The notes below the pieces were generated by a model that saw only the letters and a list, made by a program, of their open reading frames with translations, did no database searches and was not told the origin of the DNA. A stretch of DNA of 64,000 bases from Colwellia sp. 39_35_sub15_T18 (lineage in GTDB: Bacteria > Pseudomonadota > Gammaproteobacteria > Enterobacterales > Alteromonadaceae): positions 34,438-98,437 of the forward strand of contig MAAE01000015.1 in the NCBI GenBank assembly GCA_002162675.1, in the 5' to 3' direction. This document shows, in pieces, positions 53,711-64,000 of this stretch; positions within the stretch are counted from its first letter, which is position 1; each line of letters starts with the position of its first letter. The position numbers and the translations under genes are program-made.

Positions 53711-54790
53711 TTAACTCTCTTGTTCTTCTGGGTAAGCCAGTGGTGTAACAGCAGACCATCCTTCGCGTGCTGGTGCATTATTCTGCGTTCTTATACAGCC
53801 ATCTTCAGTCGAAATAACTTTACCTTTTCGATGAATCATACCTCTAACAACAGATTTTCTTGGATGATGTTCATCTTCTTTGGATGCACTAACAATTGCT
53901 GTAAAAGTAGTGTCATCAGGTGCAGGTTGAAAGAAAGGTTTCTCACCTAACCAACGATCTAATAATTCAGTCGAGACATTTCGTCTAGAGCCATGATGTG
54001 GCACTTGAAAACGGTCTATACCTGGCAATGCAAGTCCAGCATATGGAGCATAATCAGCGGCTTCGGTTAATGCATCACGTCCAGCATCACCTGTAAGTAA
54101 TATTTTGTTGTCACATAAATAAGCATACTGAACAACACTCATTTCATTTTCCGCAGAAGTTGGATCTGATGAAAAATTCTCATCTCCCCAAAGCACAGCC
54201 ACTATGGTACGAGCAGCTTCATTCAACATTCCGAACAAGCCACTAAAAACATCTTCAGATTTTTCGTGATGTTCAGGGGTTTTATCAGACTCAACAACTA
54301 AATCTAAATATCGAGTTTTAGACGGAGCCATTACCGTAAACCCTCCAATAAAAGCACCTTGTAACGGCTCTTTTATAGTTATACCTTTTTGTGAGGCAAT
54401 ATCTTCTAACGCAACTAAGTTGGGGTATAATTCTTTTAATCTTTTCTTTAAATTTTCTACTGAAGTGAAACGCTTGAATCTATCGATAAGCTCGTCTGCA
54501 TAAAGCCACGGCCTCAACATCCATAGCTCACCAACATTATAACTTTCTAATACTGTTCTTAACCCACCAGCATGATCACCATCAGGATGAGTTACTACAA
54601 CTGCATCAATATAAGTTGGTGTGCCATAATGTTCATTTATATGCGCAACTACTTTGTCACCTGTAGCTTGAAAGCCGCCATCAACAACATGAATTCGTTG
54701 AACTCCATTGGTTTGATACCTAATGCAAATAGCATCGCCACTTTTTTTAGAATCAACGTTTAAAAAATCAATTTCATAAAAGTCATCCAT
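53711..54790 (-). CDS. MBL-fold metallo-hydrolase (ComEC/Rec2-like catalytic domain, standalone)
   Basis: VVDGG, THPDGDHAGG, LLTGDA, QVPHHGS, HHP. Confidence 0.85.
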   Translation of the reverse strand: MDDFYEIDFLNVDSKKSGDAICIRYQTNGVQRIHVVDGGFQATGDKVVAHINEHYGTPTYIDAVVVTHPDGDHAGGLRTVLESYNVGELWMLRPWLYADELIDRFKRFTSVENLKKRLKELYPNLVALEDIASQKGITIKEPLQGAFIGGFTVMAPSKTRYLDLVVESDKTPEHHEKSEDVFSGLFGMLNEAARTIVAVLWGDENFSSDPTSAENEMSVVQYAYLCDNKILLTGDAGRDALTEAADYAPYAGLALPGIDRFQVPHHGSRRNVSTELLDRWLGEKPFFQPAPDDTTFTAIVSASKEDEHHPRKSVVRGMIHRKGKVISTEDGCIRTQNNAPAREGWSAVTPLAYPEEQES

Positions 54791-55260
54791 TACTTCTCTT
54801 CCTTATTATCTTCACTCAACTTCCCATTTCTGGTTTTTTCTATGCCAAATAATGACTTACCAATTTCTTCAATTTTTGCCACAAATTTATCAACGTTTAG
54901 CCCTGCAAAAAAAGCAAATGCATAATAACCAAAATTACCAGCATCAGTGTCTTGAGACGCATCCAGAACAACTAAACCAGCTTTCAAAAATACATAAGCC
55001 ACAATCCCGCATATAAAACTGGTTAATGGTCGCAAGTAGTACCAAATTTCCCACGATTTAGTCCACCTGTCATGAACACAGCGATTGAGATAAACGGAGC
55101 GTAGGCAATACAAAACACCACCTAATGTGGCTATCAACGCACATCGAATTGCCAATTCACTCTCAGCTAATGATTCAGGCAAGCCAAATTGCTCTAGACC
55201 TAAAAATACAGACGCTATTATTAAAAGCATCACTACCAAATATGTAATCACCAATTTCAT
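54790..55260 (-). CDS. Uncharacterised multi-TM membrane protein
   Basis: About four hydrophobic segments; WYYLRP...G and FAFFAG; stop overlaps the MBL start. Confidence 0.75.
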   Translation of the reverse strand: MKLVITYLVVMLLIIASVFLGLEQFGLPESLAESELAIRCALIATLGGVLYCLRSVYLNRCVHDRWTKSWEIWYYLRPLTSFICGIVAYVFLKAGLVVLDASQDTDAGNFGYYAFAFFAGLNVDKFVAKIEEIGKSLFGIEKTRNGKLSEDNKEEK

Positions 55261-55273
55261 TTACGTTCCTTGT

Positions 55274-56440
55274 CTATAGTTCGCCAGAGAAAGCTTTTTG
55301 GCTCAAAGATTCAAACAATGGTTGATGACTTTGATTTTTAGCCCGTTGCAACAATTGCAATGTACTTTGAACTATTGATTCAAACCTCTCTTGCACACCT
55401 ATTGGTGGGACAATAACATCAAGAGACTCTACTTGCAGTTTTGTAAGAGCTTCTCTAGTTGCACCACCAGCACTAGCGATACTCATGATCTTTTGTTTGT
55501 AACTACTCGATGTAATTAACCTTGCTATAAAAATTGGCAATACCTTTTCTGGTTTAGTTCTTACGATACATACGTGCTGGTTAACTCTTGCGGGTAATAT
55601 GTCATTATCAACCAGCGCAGCCCTACAAACAGAAGCTCCCGTTATGTTCAATAAAAGATCATCTTTTTCAATTATCACGTTTTTTAACTTTTCAGCCTGT
55701 TCATCCGATATAAAAGCGAGATTTTTATGTACAAATTTATTGTCATGAACATTTAGACTACGGATTAACGAAATGCCTTGCTCAATATATGCCTCCTTAC
55801 CACCTCTAGGCGTAGAACCACTTCCTAACTTATTAGTTAGTTCTTTTAGTGATTTAACATCCCAACCTTTCGGATTGGTGACGGGATCGCCAAACATATC
55901 TAGGAAGACGCTGCGGAGGAAGTCGTCGGCGAGGTTGATGCCTTGTTGGCGTTTTCGGCGAATGGCATCGGCTTTATCTAATATCGTAACGATGCGTTTT
56001 TGCTCATTCAGTGGTGGCAGTAACATTGGATAATCTTTAAGAGCATCCATATCTACACCACTTTGACCAGCAGTGCGCTGTGATAAGCCATCAATTAATC
56101 GAAAAAGCTTATCTTGTTTCAAAAAATGGTAAAGATAATCTTTATCTACTTTTTCTGAAGGTTTTGCTTTCATTAAGGCAACATTATATGCACCTTCTAG
56201 CCCTTTTAATATTTGGAATACCGGGGGGCCATAACGCCCAATCATTACGTCATGCTTAGTACAAAACTTCTTAGTTGAGTCTTCTTTAATATAAGTTAAG
56301 TTCTTATCAGATTTATAATCTCTAATTTGCAATAAGCGAACATACCCTTCTTTAGGCTCATATATGAAGGAAGATTTTGGAGGTTGTGATCCACCAACAA
56401 AACTAACAACATCTCCAAGCTTAACTACAGGGCAACTCAC
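55274..56440 (-). CDS. hsdS: Type I R-M specificity subunit
   Basis: Two TRDs with conserved [10 protein letters not shown] and PPIGVQERF repeats; GTG start overlaps the hsdM stop. Confidence 0.92.
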   Translation of the reverse strand: MSCPVVKLGDVVSFVGGSQPPKSSFIYEPKEGYVRLLQIRDYKSDKNLTYIKEDSTKKFCTKHDVMIGRYGPPVFQILKGLEGAYNVALMKAKPSEKVDKDYLYHFLKQDKLFRLIDGLSQRTAGQSGVDMDALKDYPMLLPPLNEQKRIVTILDKADAIRRKRQQGINLADDFLRSVFLDMFGDPVTNPKGWDVKSLKELTNKLGSGSTPRGGKEAYIEQGISLIRSLNVHDNKFVHKNLAFISDEQAEKLKNVIIEKDDLLLNITGASVCRAALVDNDILPARVNQHVCIVRTKPEKVLPIFIARLITSSSYKQKIMSIASAGGATREALTKLQVESLDVIVPPIGVQERFESIVQSTLQLLQRAKNQSHQPLFESLSQKAFSGEL

Positions 56441-58026
56441 AGCATTTTCTCCAACACTTTTAAATCAGCTAAAATTTCATTTTCTAAGCTCACTAGCTTA
56501 CCTAAGATCTCTTTTGGTGGATCGTAGCTTTCTTCTTCATATACAACTTCTTTGTAGCGGTTGATGGAAAGGTCGTATTTGTTCGAAGTAATATCATCTT
56601 TACTTACCCAAAAAGCTTTCTGAGTTTTATCGTTTTTGTCCGTTTCAGCAACGGATTTATCACGCGCTTTAAATTCAGCTACTAAGCTTGGCAAGTCATT
56701 ATCTTTAATTGGGGTACGTTTATCATCAAGCGAGAAACCATCGGCTTGTACATCATAAAACCAAACATGGTCGGTAGTGCCACCTTTAGTGAAAATTAGA
56801 ATAGCAGTTGATACACCCGCATAAGGTTTAAAGACACCACTTGGCAGTGAAATAACGGCTTCAAGCTGATTGTTATCAATTAATAACTGACGCAGTTGCA
56901 CGTGGCCTTTTGATGAACCAAATAATACACCATCAGGCACGATAGTCGCTGAGCGGCCACCCACTTGTAACATGCGCTCAATAAGCGCTACAAAAAGCAA
57001 CTCTGTTTTCTTAGTTTTAACTTTACGTAATAGTTCTGGGCAAACATCTTCTTCGTCTAATGACCCTTTGAACGGTGGATTGGCGAGAATAATTTGCATG
57101 CCGCCTTTTGCTTCATTAGGGAAGTTTTCACTAAAGCGCTGGCTTAAGGTATCTTGATAATGAATGTCGGGCTGTTTAATACCGTGCATTACCAAGTTCA
57201 TTACTGCAACACGTAACATGGTAGCGTCAAAGTCAAAGCCGTGAAACATGTCAGTATCAATGTGTTTTCTGTCTTCTGGTTCAATTAAGTCGCCAGAATA
57301 AAGTACATTTTCAACTTGCTTGCCATGGATATCTAACATCGGTATACCTGCATCATCGCCTTCGCTGATGAATAGTGGCTCTCGTTCAATGCCTTCGGCA
57401 GAGGTATATTTTTCCAGCAAGTATTCATAAGAAACAGATAAAAAACCACCTGTTCCAGTTGATGGATCGCAAATACGGCTGGTTTTATCAGGGTCCATGA
57501 TTTCAACCATGGCACGAATGATATGACGTGGCGTTCTAAACTGACCGTTAATACCTGCGGTTGTTAACTTACTAAGCAAGTATTCATATAAATCACCTTT
57601 GGTATCGGAATTATCAAGTGGCAAGTCGTTAACCATTTCTACCGCTTTTACCAATAAGCTTTGCTTTTGGATCATCAATTGCGCATCTTTCATAAACTCG
57701 GCAAACAGTGATCCTTCATTATCTTCTGATGAACTTGAAGCAAAAAATGGAAACAGCTCATCTTTTACCACTTTATAAAGCTCTTCAGCACCTAAATGGC
57801 GAATATTTTGCCAGCGCAAATGTTGCTGCTGTTCGTTAAAGCGGTGATTAAACGCTTTTTTAGTACGGGCGCTGCGTTTTTCATCAGCTTGTTCGTTCAT
57901 ATCAAGCATGCGGGCATACATTAAAAAGGTAATTTGCTCAATTACCGTTAACGGATTGGTTATACCGCCCGTCCAGAATTCTTCCCAAAGTTTGTCTATT
58001 TTGCTTTTTAGTGGACCAGTGATCAT
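56437..58026 (-). CDS. hsdM: Type I R-M N6-adenine methyltransferase
   Basis: [34 protein letters not shown]. Confidence 0.94.
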   Translation of the reverse strand: MITGPLKSKIDKLWEEFWTGGITNPLTVIEQITFLMYARMLDMNEQADEKRSARTKKAFNHRFNEQQQHLRWQNIRHLGAEELYKVVKDELFPFFASSSSEDNEGSLFAEFMKDAQLMIQKQSLLVKAVEMVNDLPLDNSDTKGDLYEYLLSKLTTAGINGQFRTPRHIIRAMVEIMDPDKTSRICDPSTGTGGFLSVSYEYLLEKYTSAEGIEREPLFISEGDDAGIPMLDIHGKQVENVLYSGDLIEPEDRKHIDTDMFHGFDFDATMLRVAVMNLVMHGIKQPDIHYQDTLSQRFSENFPNEAKGGMQIILANPPFKGSLDEEDVCPELLRKVKTKKTELLFVALIERMLQVGGRSATIVPDGVLFGSSKGHVQLRQLLIDNNQLEAVISLPSGVFKPYAGVSTAILIFTKGGTTDHVWFYDVQADGFSLDDKRTPIKDNDLPSLVAEFKARDKSVAETDKNDKTQKAFWVSKDDITSNKYDLSINRYKEVVYEEESYDPPKEILGKLVSLENEILADLKVLEKML

Positions 58027-58110
58027 GTGGTTCTCTTCGTTTTGTTTTATTCGGCTGTGACTATAAATTTGTTAGTTAGCCTAATATTGATTTTAAAATT
58101 AGTATTAAAT

Positions 58111-61100
58111 TTAGATTCGGATTTCTTTTTCGATGCTTGTTGACTTATCGCCAAGTTCAACATCAAATTGTTTTATAAATTGTTCAATAACATCGGCTTG
58201 TTTTTCGTTAAATACACCGTCTAGACCCATGTCGTGAATTTGAGTAAATGGCGCATCATACAGTTGTTCTATTTGAATGGAACCATAACGAATTAAGTGG
58301 TTCTTTAACATGCTTATAAAGCGCAGTTGTTTAGCGTTAACATGAGTATGTATTTCTTGTACAAACTCCATAAAACTTTGCTCAATAGCAGCTTTATCCA
58401 TACCGACTATGGTTCGAAGGATTTTGTCTAGGCTTGCTGATGATTCAGGGAAAAATTCTTTAAGAGTATTTAAATCAACTTTCGGGTTTTGGGTATGCAC
58501 TAATGAGTTTAGTTGTACTAAATCATCTTTACTCACCGCAATACCCGCTCGTATTTTTTGCAAAACAACATCAGTTTCGAATAATGGTGACAGTGTTTTT
58601 TCTACCTCTTGACGGAATATTTGATAATCAATAGACACAATTTTGGTTGGCCTTTCAGTCACTATATAATCTGCTGCATCTTCTTTAATATCTAAGATGA
58701 GTTCTGGCTCAGGTACATAAGTACCTTTGTCACGCAAATGGATAATGCTACGCAGTGCTATGCGGCTTTCTTCTAATGCTGCAAAGGTTAAATCTTGCCA
58801 ATAGGCTTCAGTTTGTATTTTGGCAATATCACTTGCTTTAGCTCGCACTTCATTAAGGTGCATTTGCAGCGTTTCAACTTTGTTCATTACACTTTGCTTG
58901 GCCAAATCAATTTGACTTGGGTCGATATATACCAAGGTTTGAATGATTGCCATTTCATTATCAAATTTATAGGCTTCACTTTGCCCCATGATATTGCGCC
59001 ATTGCATCAGTGATGCTACTTGCTCAAACAAATTTGCTTTCATTTGCGGAGCGAATTGGTTGAGTGCTTTTTCATCTTTACATGCTTCAACGACTTGCCA
59101 GTTATCTCGTACAGCTATGGTATTCATATCAAGAGAACATACATCTTGATAAATTAATTTAATCACTTCATCAAAAGTTGCTACATCCGCTTTTTTAAGC
59201 GTGGTTTCAGCCAAGGTTAAACGTGATTCAAAAAGCTTTTGGGTAAGCGATTTGCTTTGCTTTACGTCTTCTTCTTCTGGGTCCATATCGAAGTAATCGA
59301 AGTTTTCCCAGTGATCGAATATCAAGAAGTGTGATTTATCTTTACCTTTGCCATAGAGGTCTTTACATAAACGTGTACCACGACCAATCATTTGCCAGAA
59401 TTTAACTTTCGACTTGATTGGTTTAGCAAAAACAAGGTTTACACATTCTGGTACATCAATACCTGTATCAAGCATATCCACTGACACAGCAATACGAACG
59501 CTATTTTCTTCACTTGATTTAAAGTCATCAGTGAGTTCTTCTGCTCGTTCAAATTTTGAGTGAATGAAACGACAAAAGTTACTGCCAAGTTGTGGGTACA
59601 TTTCACCAAATAATTCTACCAATAGTTCAGCGTGAAGTATGTTACGAGCAAAAACAATGGTTTTTCCCGGTAATTGCCCATCAACATCACGTATACCTTT
59701 TTCCATTAAGTTACGTAAAATAACACGGTTGGTATCTTTATTTTTAACGGCTTCATCAACTTGCTTTGCATCAAAGTTTAACTCGTTAGGATCGATACCC
59801 TGTTCTTCAAGCTGAGCAACCTGTTCGTCTGTTAGGTTATCTTTTTTAATGCCTTCACGTAGAAATTTTGTGGTAAAACTAACAATTTTATAAGGAACTA
59901 AGTTCTCTTCTTCAATCGCTTGTTCTAACGGATAGTTAGCTGTTGGCAATTTGAAGTCACAGCCAAATAACTGACAAGTTGAACGCGATACCATCTCGAC
60001 AGGTGTTGCGGTTAAACCGATCTCTAACGCATCAAAGTATTTAAAGATATCACCATATATATTATAAATAGAGCGATGTGATTCATCTGCCACTATAAGA
60101 TCGAAATATCCAACATCATACTTTTGAAATATGCTCATCATACCTGGGTATGTAGCGACAAATACACGAGCGCTGTCTGCCAATCCTTTTTTACTTTTAC
60201 CAACAACATACAAAGGTTCATTGGTATGTTCATTAAAGGCATTACCTGCTTGTTTTCGTAGTTCTTTTCGGTCACATAAAAACAAGACTCGCTTAGCCCA
60301 ACCTGCATCTAATAGTCGTTTAGCTAATGCGATAGAAACACGGGTTTTTCCTGTTCCTGTTGCCATAACCATAAGTGACTTGCGGTGTTTTTTGCTAAAA
60401 CGTTCGCTAACACGTGTGATAGCTTCCATTTGATATATGCGTCCTGCGACATTGGTATCAATTGGAGTTTGATTTAAGTCTTTTTTAAGGCTGCGTTGTT
60501 TTATAAGGTATTGCAGACTGTCTTTTGAGTAGTAACCGTATAGCTTACGGCTATTGTAACCTTGTGCATCGTCTAAAATACGAATGTCGTAGCCATTAGA
60601 ATAGAATATTACTGGACGTTGACCATATTGAGTTTCTAATGCATCAGCATAAATTTTGGCTTGTTCTCGACCTTTTTCAGCAGAGTGTTTAGCCGCTTTA
60701 GCTTCTATGACTGCTAGTGGTTTTCCATCGTCATCCCAAAGCACATAGTCAACTCGGCCATTACCTGTAGGTGTTGGTTGGTTAGTTACATCAACTTCTT
60801 TACCAACTTCATCGGTACTCGATTCATCAAGCGATACATCCCATCCTGCGGCACGTAAGTCCATATCAATAATACGAGCACGAGTTTCATCTTCGCTAAA
60901 GTTAAAGCTTGAGGTAATTTGTTTATTGCGCCCTTTAACTTCAGCCACTTTCGCTTGATTGATAGTTTGTTTAAGTTTGGCAGCTTCAAGCTGCGCTAGT
61001 TTTTGCGCTTGCTCAGATATGGCTAATTCTTCTAGTGCTTTTTTCAGGCGAGTTTCATTATCAGCGAGTTGCTCGGCAAGTTGCTTGTTCTTTTTAGTGA

Positions 61101-61551
61101 ATTCAGCGTCAGCCTGATTTACGGGCTGCTTTTGTTCTGGTGCTGTAAATACAGGACAATCGCTTTGCTTGCCATTGTCGTAAGCCATAAATAGATAACA
61201 GGCAATAAAATAGCTTTCTTTAAGTATCCAGATCGCTTGTTGTTGATCAACCTGACCTTGGTGGGCAGCTTGGTTGCCACTTTTACGAATAGCATGCAGT
61301 TTGTCGGTAATAAGATTTGGAACGACACTGGTGAAATCGTCAGACGTGAGTTTATCGTAGATAGTGGAATTAGGAAAAACAGGCAGTCGTAGCTCTTTGT
61401 AGAGATAACCAACGACTTGTTCAGCAAAGCAGCGTAACTTTACCAGTGCGCTTTGCGGATCATCAATAGCATATTCTTCTGCAAATGCAGCAAGCTGATG
61501 TAACTGTGGCCACCTTTTTTGAATATGTTCAAAATTCATTGATTGCTTCAT
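58111..61551 (-). CDS. hsdR: Type I restriction subunit R (EcoAI/EcoEI-like, N-terminal DUF4145-like domain)
   Basis: GRVDY...IEAK nuclease motif, MATGTGKT, DESHR, QMIGRGTR; start at 61551 or 61539 because ATG 61575 lies upstream of the predicted sigma-54 +1. Confidence 0.92.
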   Translation of the reverse strand: MKQSMNFEHIQKRWPQLHQLAAFAEEYAIDDPQSALVKLRCFAEQVVGYLYKELRLPVFPNSTIYDKLTSDDFTSVVPNLITDKLHAIRKSGNQAAHQGQVDQQQAIWILKESYFIACYLFMAYDNGKQSDCPVFTAPEQKQPVNQADAEFTKKNKQLAEQLADNETRLKKALEELAISEQAQKLAQLEAAKLKQTINQAKVAEVKGRNKQITSSFNFSEDETRARIIDMDLRAAGWDVSLDESSTDEVGKEVDVTNQPTPTGNGRVDYVLWDDDGKPLAVIEAKAAKHSAEKGREQAKIYADALETQYGQRPVIFYSNGYDIRILDDAQGYNSRKLYGYYSKDSLQYLIKQRSLKKDLNQTPIDTNVAGRIYQMEAITRVSERFSKKHRKSLMVMATGTGKTRVSIALAKRLLDAGWAKRVLFLCDRKELRKQAGNAFNEHTNEPLYVVGKSKKGLADSARVFVATYPGMMSIFQKYDVGYFDLIVADESHRSIYNIYGDIFKYFDALEIGLTATPVEMVSRSTCQLFGCDFKLPTANYPLEQAIEEENLVPYKIVSFTTKFLREGIKKDNLTDEQVAQLEEQGIDPNELNFDAKQVDEAVKNKDTNRVILRNLMEKGIRDVDGQLPGKTIVFARNILHAELLVELFGEMYPQLGSNFCRFIHSKFERAEELTDDFKSSEENSVRIAVSVDMLDTGIDVPECVNLVFAKPIKSKVKFWQMIGRGTRLCKDLYGKGKDKSHFLIFDHWENFDYFDMDPEEEDVKQSKSLTQKLFESRLTLAETTLKKADVATFDEVIKLIYQDVCSLDMNTIAVRDNWQVVEACKDEKALNQFAPQMKANLFEQVASLMQWRNIMGQSEAYKFDNEMAIIQTLVYIDPSQIDLAKQSVMNKVETLQMHLNEVRAKASDIAKIQTEAYWQDLTFAALEESRIALRSIIHLRDKGTYVPEPELILDIKEDAADYIVTERPTKIVSIDYQIFRQEVEKTLSPLFETDVVLQKIRAGIAVSKDDLVQLNSLVHTQNPKVDLNTLKEFFPESSASLDKILRTIVGMDKAAIEQSFMEFVQEIHTHVNAKQLRFISMLKNHLIRYGSIQIEQLYDAPFTQIHDMGLDGVFNEKQADVIEQFIKQFDVELGDKSTSIEKEIRI

Positions 61552-61577
61552 TCCTGTTTGATTCCTTGTGTCCATAA

Positions 61578-61595
61578 TTGCAAGAGCAGCGCCAA
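61578..61595 (-). promoter_or_regulatory. Sigma-54 (-24/-12) promoter upstream of hsdR
   Basis: Minus strand TTGGCGC-TGCTC-TTGCAA matches TGGCAC-N5-TTGCW with exact GG-N10-GC spacing. Confidence 0.75.
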
Positions 61596-61620
61596 ATTTA
61601 CTTATTGAATGTTTCTATCA

Positions 61621-63123
61621 CTATTTTTCTGATGCTAAACCTAAACGCTTCATCCAGTTGCTTAGCGTTTGGTGGTCTTTTAATCCAAGCATCTTAGTTG
61701 CATGTTTCTTTATGTTCCCGCTTGCTTTCAATGCCGCTTCAACATAGTTTTTTTGATATTGTTCAGTAAGTTGAGTAATATCAACTTTGTCATTATAAGA
61801 TAATACGACATCTGTACAATCATTACTTTGATGTCGATTAATTATCGCATCACTAAGATCTTTATCTGTAATGATTTGTGAGTCTGACCACAAAAACGCT
61901 CTGTTTAATGTGTTCCATAATTCTCTAATATTACCAGGCCAAGACTGCGATAAAATAAAATTAATTCCCTTTTCGGAAATATTTTTACCTACGTAGTATG
62001 GATGTTTACAGCCAGCTTTGTTTATTTGCTTAGTAAGTTGCTCAACTATAAACGGGATATCTTCAGCTCGCTCTCGTAATGCAGGCATTTGAATAATGCC
62101 TACAGCCAAACGATAAAATAGGTCTTCTCGAAACTTTCCTTTACTTACTAGCTTCAATAAATCTTGATGCGTAGCTGCAATTACACGCACATCCACATTG
62201 ATTGTTTTTGTATCGCCTAGCCGATTAACTTCACCTTGCTGTAATACTCTAAGTAATTTAACCTGAATAGTCGGAGTAAGTTCTCCCACTTCATCTAAAA
62301 ATAAAGTTCCACCATTGGCTTGTTCAAAAAGACCAGGGTGATCTTTTTCTGCTCCGGTGAATGCACCCTTTTTATGACCAAACAAAGTAGAATCGACAAG
62401 GCTTTCAGCCAGTGCACCACAATTTACCGTTCTAATTGGTTTATTAGCTCTTAAGCTTCCTTGGTGTATGGCATTAGCCATTAATTCTTTACCTGTGCCT
62501 GTTTCACCTAATATCAAAGCTGACACTTCAGAACGAGCAATTCTCTTGGCTCTTTCGACAACTTCTTTCATCGATAGCGATTGCACAGTTAACTCAGAAA
62601 AGGCTTTTTCAATTTTTGGTAACGATGTTGCAGAATTAGCAATATTTCTGGCAGCCGACTTTACGTACACCTGACCAAAATCAATGGGAATCTCGACTTG
62701 CTGCAACTCATTTTTCGGTGTTGCCTGTAAGAATTGTACATTGGCTTTACCTTTACCTAAAAGAACAGACAAAGTAGTCATTGCAGGTGTACCTGATGTC
62801 AGGTTAATAGATAAGGTATCTGCGGCTTCGCTTAGTTTAGTTATCCAACTTTCAGTTACTTGGTGGATAGATTCATAGTCAATAGGGTTTACGATATCAG
62901 CTTTGTAAACTTGGATATCTTGAGCTGGTCTATTTATAGTTGCCATACGTTTTTTTACAAAACGTTCAAATTGAATCCATTTATTTTCATCTTTATTTGA
63001 AAGAATAACAATTTTATCAAATGGAATTAGTGATTTAGTAGCAAGTGTAATGATGGCAGCACTTTGTTCATGCTCCATATTTAAAATATCACGATTGCCT
63101 AACCAAGTAAGAAGTGTATGCAC
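61621..63123 (-). CDS. Sigma-54 enhancer-binding activator with RtcR/CARF-like N-terminal domain
   Basis: N-terminal TWLGNRD...INLTSGTPAM; GETGTGKE, GAFTGA, FLDEV, FREDLFYRL, WPGNIREL; C-terminal HTH; GTG start. Confidence 0.88.
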   Translation of the reverse strand: MHTLLTWLGNRDILNMEHEQSAAIITLATKSLIPFDKIVILSNKDENKWIQFERFVKKRMATINRPAQDIQVYKADIVNPIDYESIHQVTESWITKLSEAADTLSINLTSGTPAMTTLSVLLGKGKANVQFLQATPKNELQQVEIPIDFGQVYVKSAARNIANSATSLPKIEKAFSELTVQSLSMKEVVERAKRIARSEVSALILGETGTGKELMANAIHQGSLRANKPIRTVNCGALAESLVDSTLFGHKKGAFTGAEKDHPGLFEQANGGTLFLDEVGELTPTIQVKLLRVLQQGEVNRLGDTKTINVDVRVIAATHQDLLKLVSKGKFREDLFYRLAVGIIQMPALRERAEDIPFIVEQLTKQINKAGCKHPYYVGKNISEKGINFILSQSWPGNIRELWNTLNRAFLWSDSQIITDKDLSDAIINRHQSNDCTDVVLSYNDKVDITQLTEQYQKNYVEAALKASGNIKKHATKMLGLKDHQTLSNWMKRLGLASEK

Positions 63124-63204
63124 TGTATATTGCTTATTATTATTTCTTTGTAAACTATCTTACCTTAAATAAAATAATTTACATTATTAAAAACAAGGGA
63201 GATT

Positions 63205-63966
63205 TTAAATTTCGATTTTCATCGAATATCTTCCAATTTTTTCGAAGGTATTATCATTATTTGGCTTGTCAAATTTCTTTGGTGAGATAAGCAAATACTT
63301 GGAACCATCAGTTTTAGGGCTTACTTCCCACATATGATTACAACCTGATCGATTAATAGCAAAACAACCATGCTCTCTAGAGAGCCACTGGTTTTCACTT
63401 ACTTTAACACCACAACAAGGACAGCAAAGAAAATGCTCAAAATTTTCGGCCATTGAGATGATTTTTTCAACAGATTTTTTAATAGTAACATCACGATCAT
63501 TTTTAGTTATTAAATTAGAAATAGTAGGTACTAATGACATAAATGGTTTCGACACGAACATATTATTCTCATGGATCGCCCAATGATCATTGTTAATTTT
63601 TTTCAGCTCATTAATAAGTGATGTTGGTATTTTATTAACTTCTGAATGTAATGATTTATATGTCTCTTTTGCTAACCACTTTGAGATTAATGACGCTAAT
63701 AGCTCTAGAGAATAAAAATTAGTTGGGGAAGAGCAAACTACCTTATTATCGATGATCTTTTCCCGACGTAACGAAAGTAGTACTCTTTGAATTCCGTTGT
63801 CATCTTTAATCTCTGTATTTATTATGCTTTCAGTAAAGCATGGTACAAAGCATAAGCTTTTATTTTCTCTAGTTAAAAAAATCTCTGAATTTTCGGTAAT
63901 TGAAAATCTAATTGGTTTTGTGCCATTTCTAACAAAATGATTAGAACTTTGTTCCTTAAAGTTCAA
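63205..63966 (-). CDS. Hypothetical protein with a possible C-terminal zinc ribbon
   Basis: 253-aa ORF; CCPCCG and GC...GCNH Cys pattern. Confidence 0.6.
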   Translation of the reverse strand: MNFKEQSSNHFVRNGTKPIRFSITENSEIFLTRENKSLCFVPCFTESIINTEIKDDNGIQRVLLSLRREKIIDNKVVCSSPTNFYSLELLASLISKWLAKETYKSLHSEVNKIPTSLINELKKINNDHWAIHENNMFVSKPFMSLVPTISNLITKNDRDVTIKKSVEKIISMAENFEHFLCCPCCGVKVSENQWLSREHGCFAINRSGCNHMWEVSPKTDGSKYLLISPKKFDKPNNDNTFEKIGRYSMKIEI

Positions 63967-64000
63967 TTCATGTAAAGTCCTTTTAACCAGATCAGAGCAA

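Larger units (their letters stand above)
38574..64000. mobile_element. Genomic island (recombinase module plus RiPP and defence cargo); right end lies outside the window
   Basis: Abrupt gene truncation at about 38573, AT-rich spacer, then recombinases, R-M and McrBC. Confidence 0.8.

Noticed and set aside
61552-61575. ORF-track hsdR start at 61575 (MDTRNQTG)
   Set aside because: It lies upstream of the predicted sigma-54 +1 and lacks an RBS; ATG 61551 or 61539 follow AGGA-containing sequence.
61621-63123. Canonical rtcR-rtcBA RNA repair locus or type III CRISPR ancillary gene
   Set aside because: No rtcA, rtcB or cas10 in the window; the gene is linked to hsdR instead.

Overview
AT-rich marine gammaproteobacterial DNA (Colwellia-like by gene content; inference) in two parts. 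Bases 1-38.57 kb are backbone: acyl-CoA dehydrogenase, an HD-GYP/hybrid-kinase pair, a candidate sugar-acid cluster, M13 and M12B peptidases, bfd, cobO, an RND pump, lipase plus foldase, and a His-rich TonB receptor behind a Zur-like box. From about 38,574 to beyond the window end lies a genomic island that appears to have split a succinylglutamate desuccinylase/aspartoacylase-family gene. The island begins with a five-gene operon: two tyrosine-recombinase-like proteins, two unknowns and a RecD2-like helicase. Next is a yhhABC-type cyclophane RiPP (triceptide) cluster whose 47-aa precursor (core SYDRTHNRHNRGQ) is missing from the ORF track and which has no exporter or protease nearby. A long minus-strand defence region follows: RtcR/CARF-like sigma-54 activator, hsdR-hsdM-hsdS, a membrane protein plus MBL-fold hydrolase pair, and mcrB-mcrC. 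A near-consensus sigma-54 promoter (TGGCGC-N5-TTGCA) sits between the activator and hsdR. The best leads are the RiPP as a possible intracellular or anti-phage system, the apparently sigma-54-inducible restriction operon, the membrane/MBL pair, and the dual-recombinase mobility module. All family calls come from motif reading and recall; no database searches were run.
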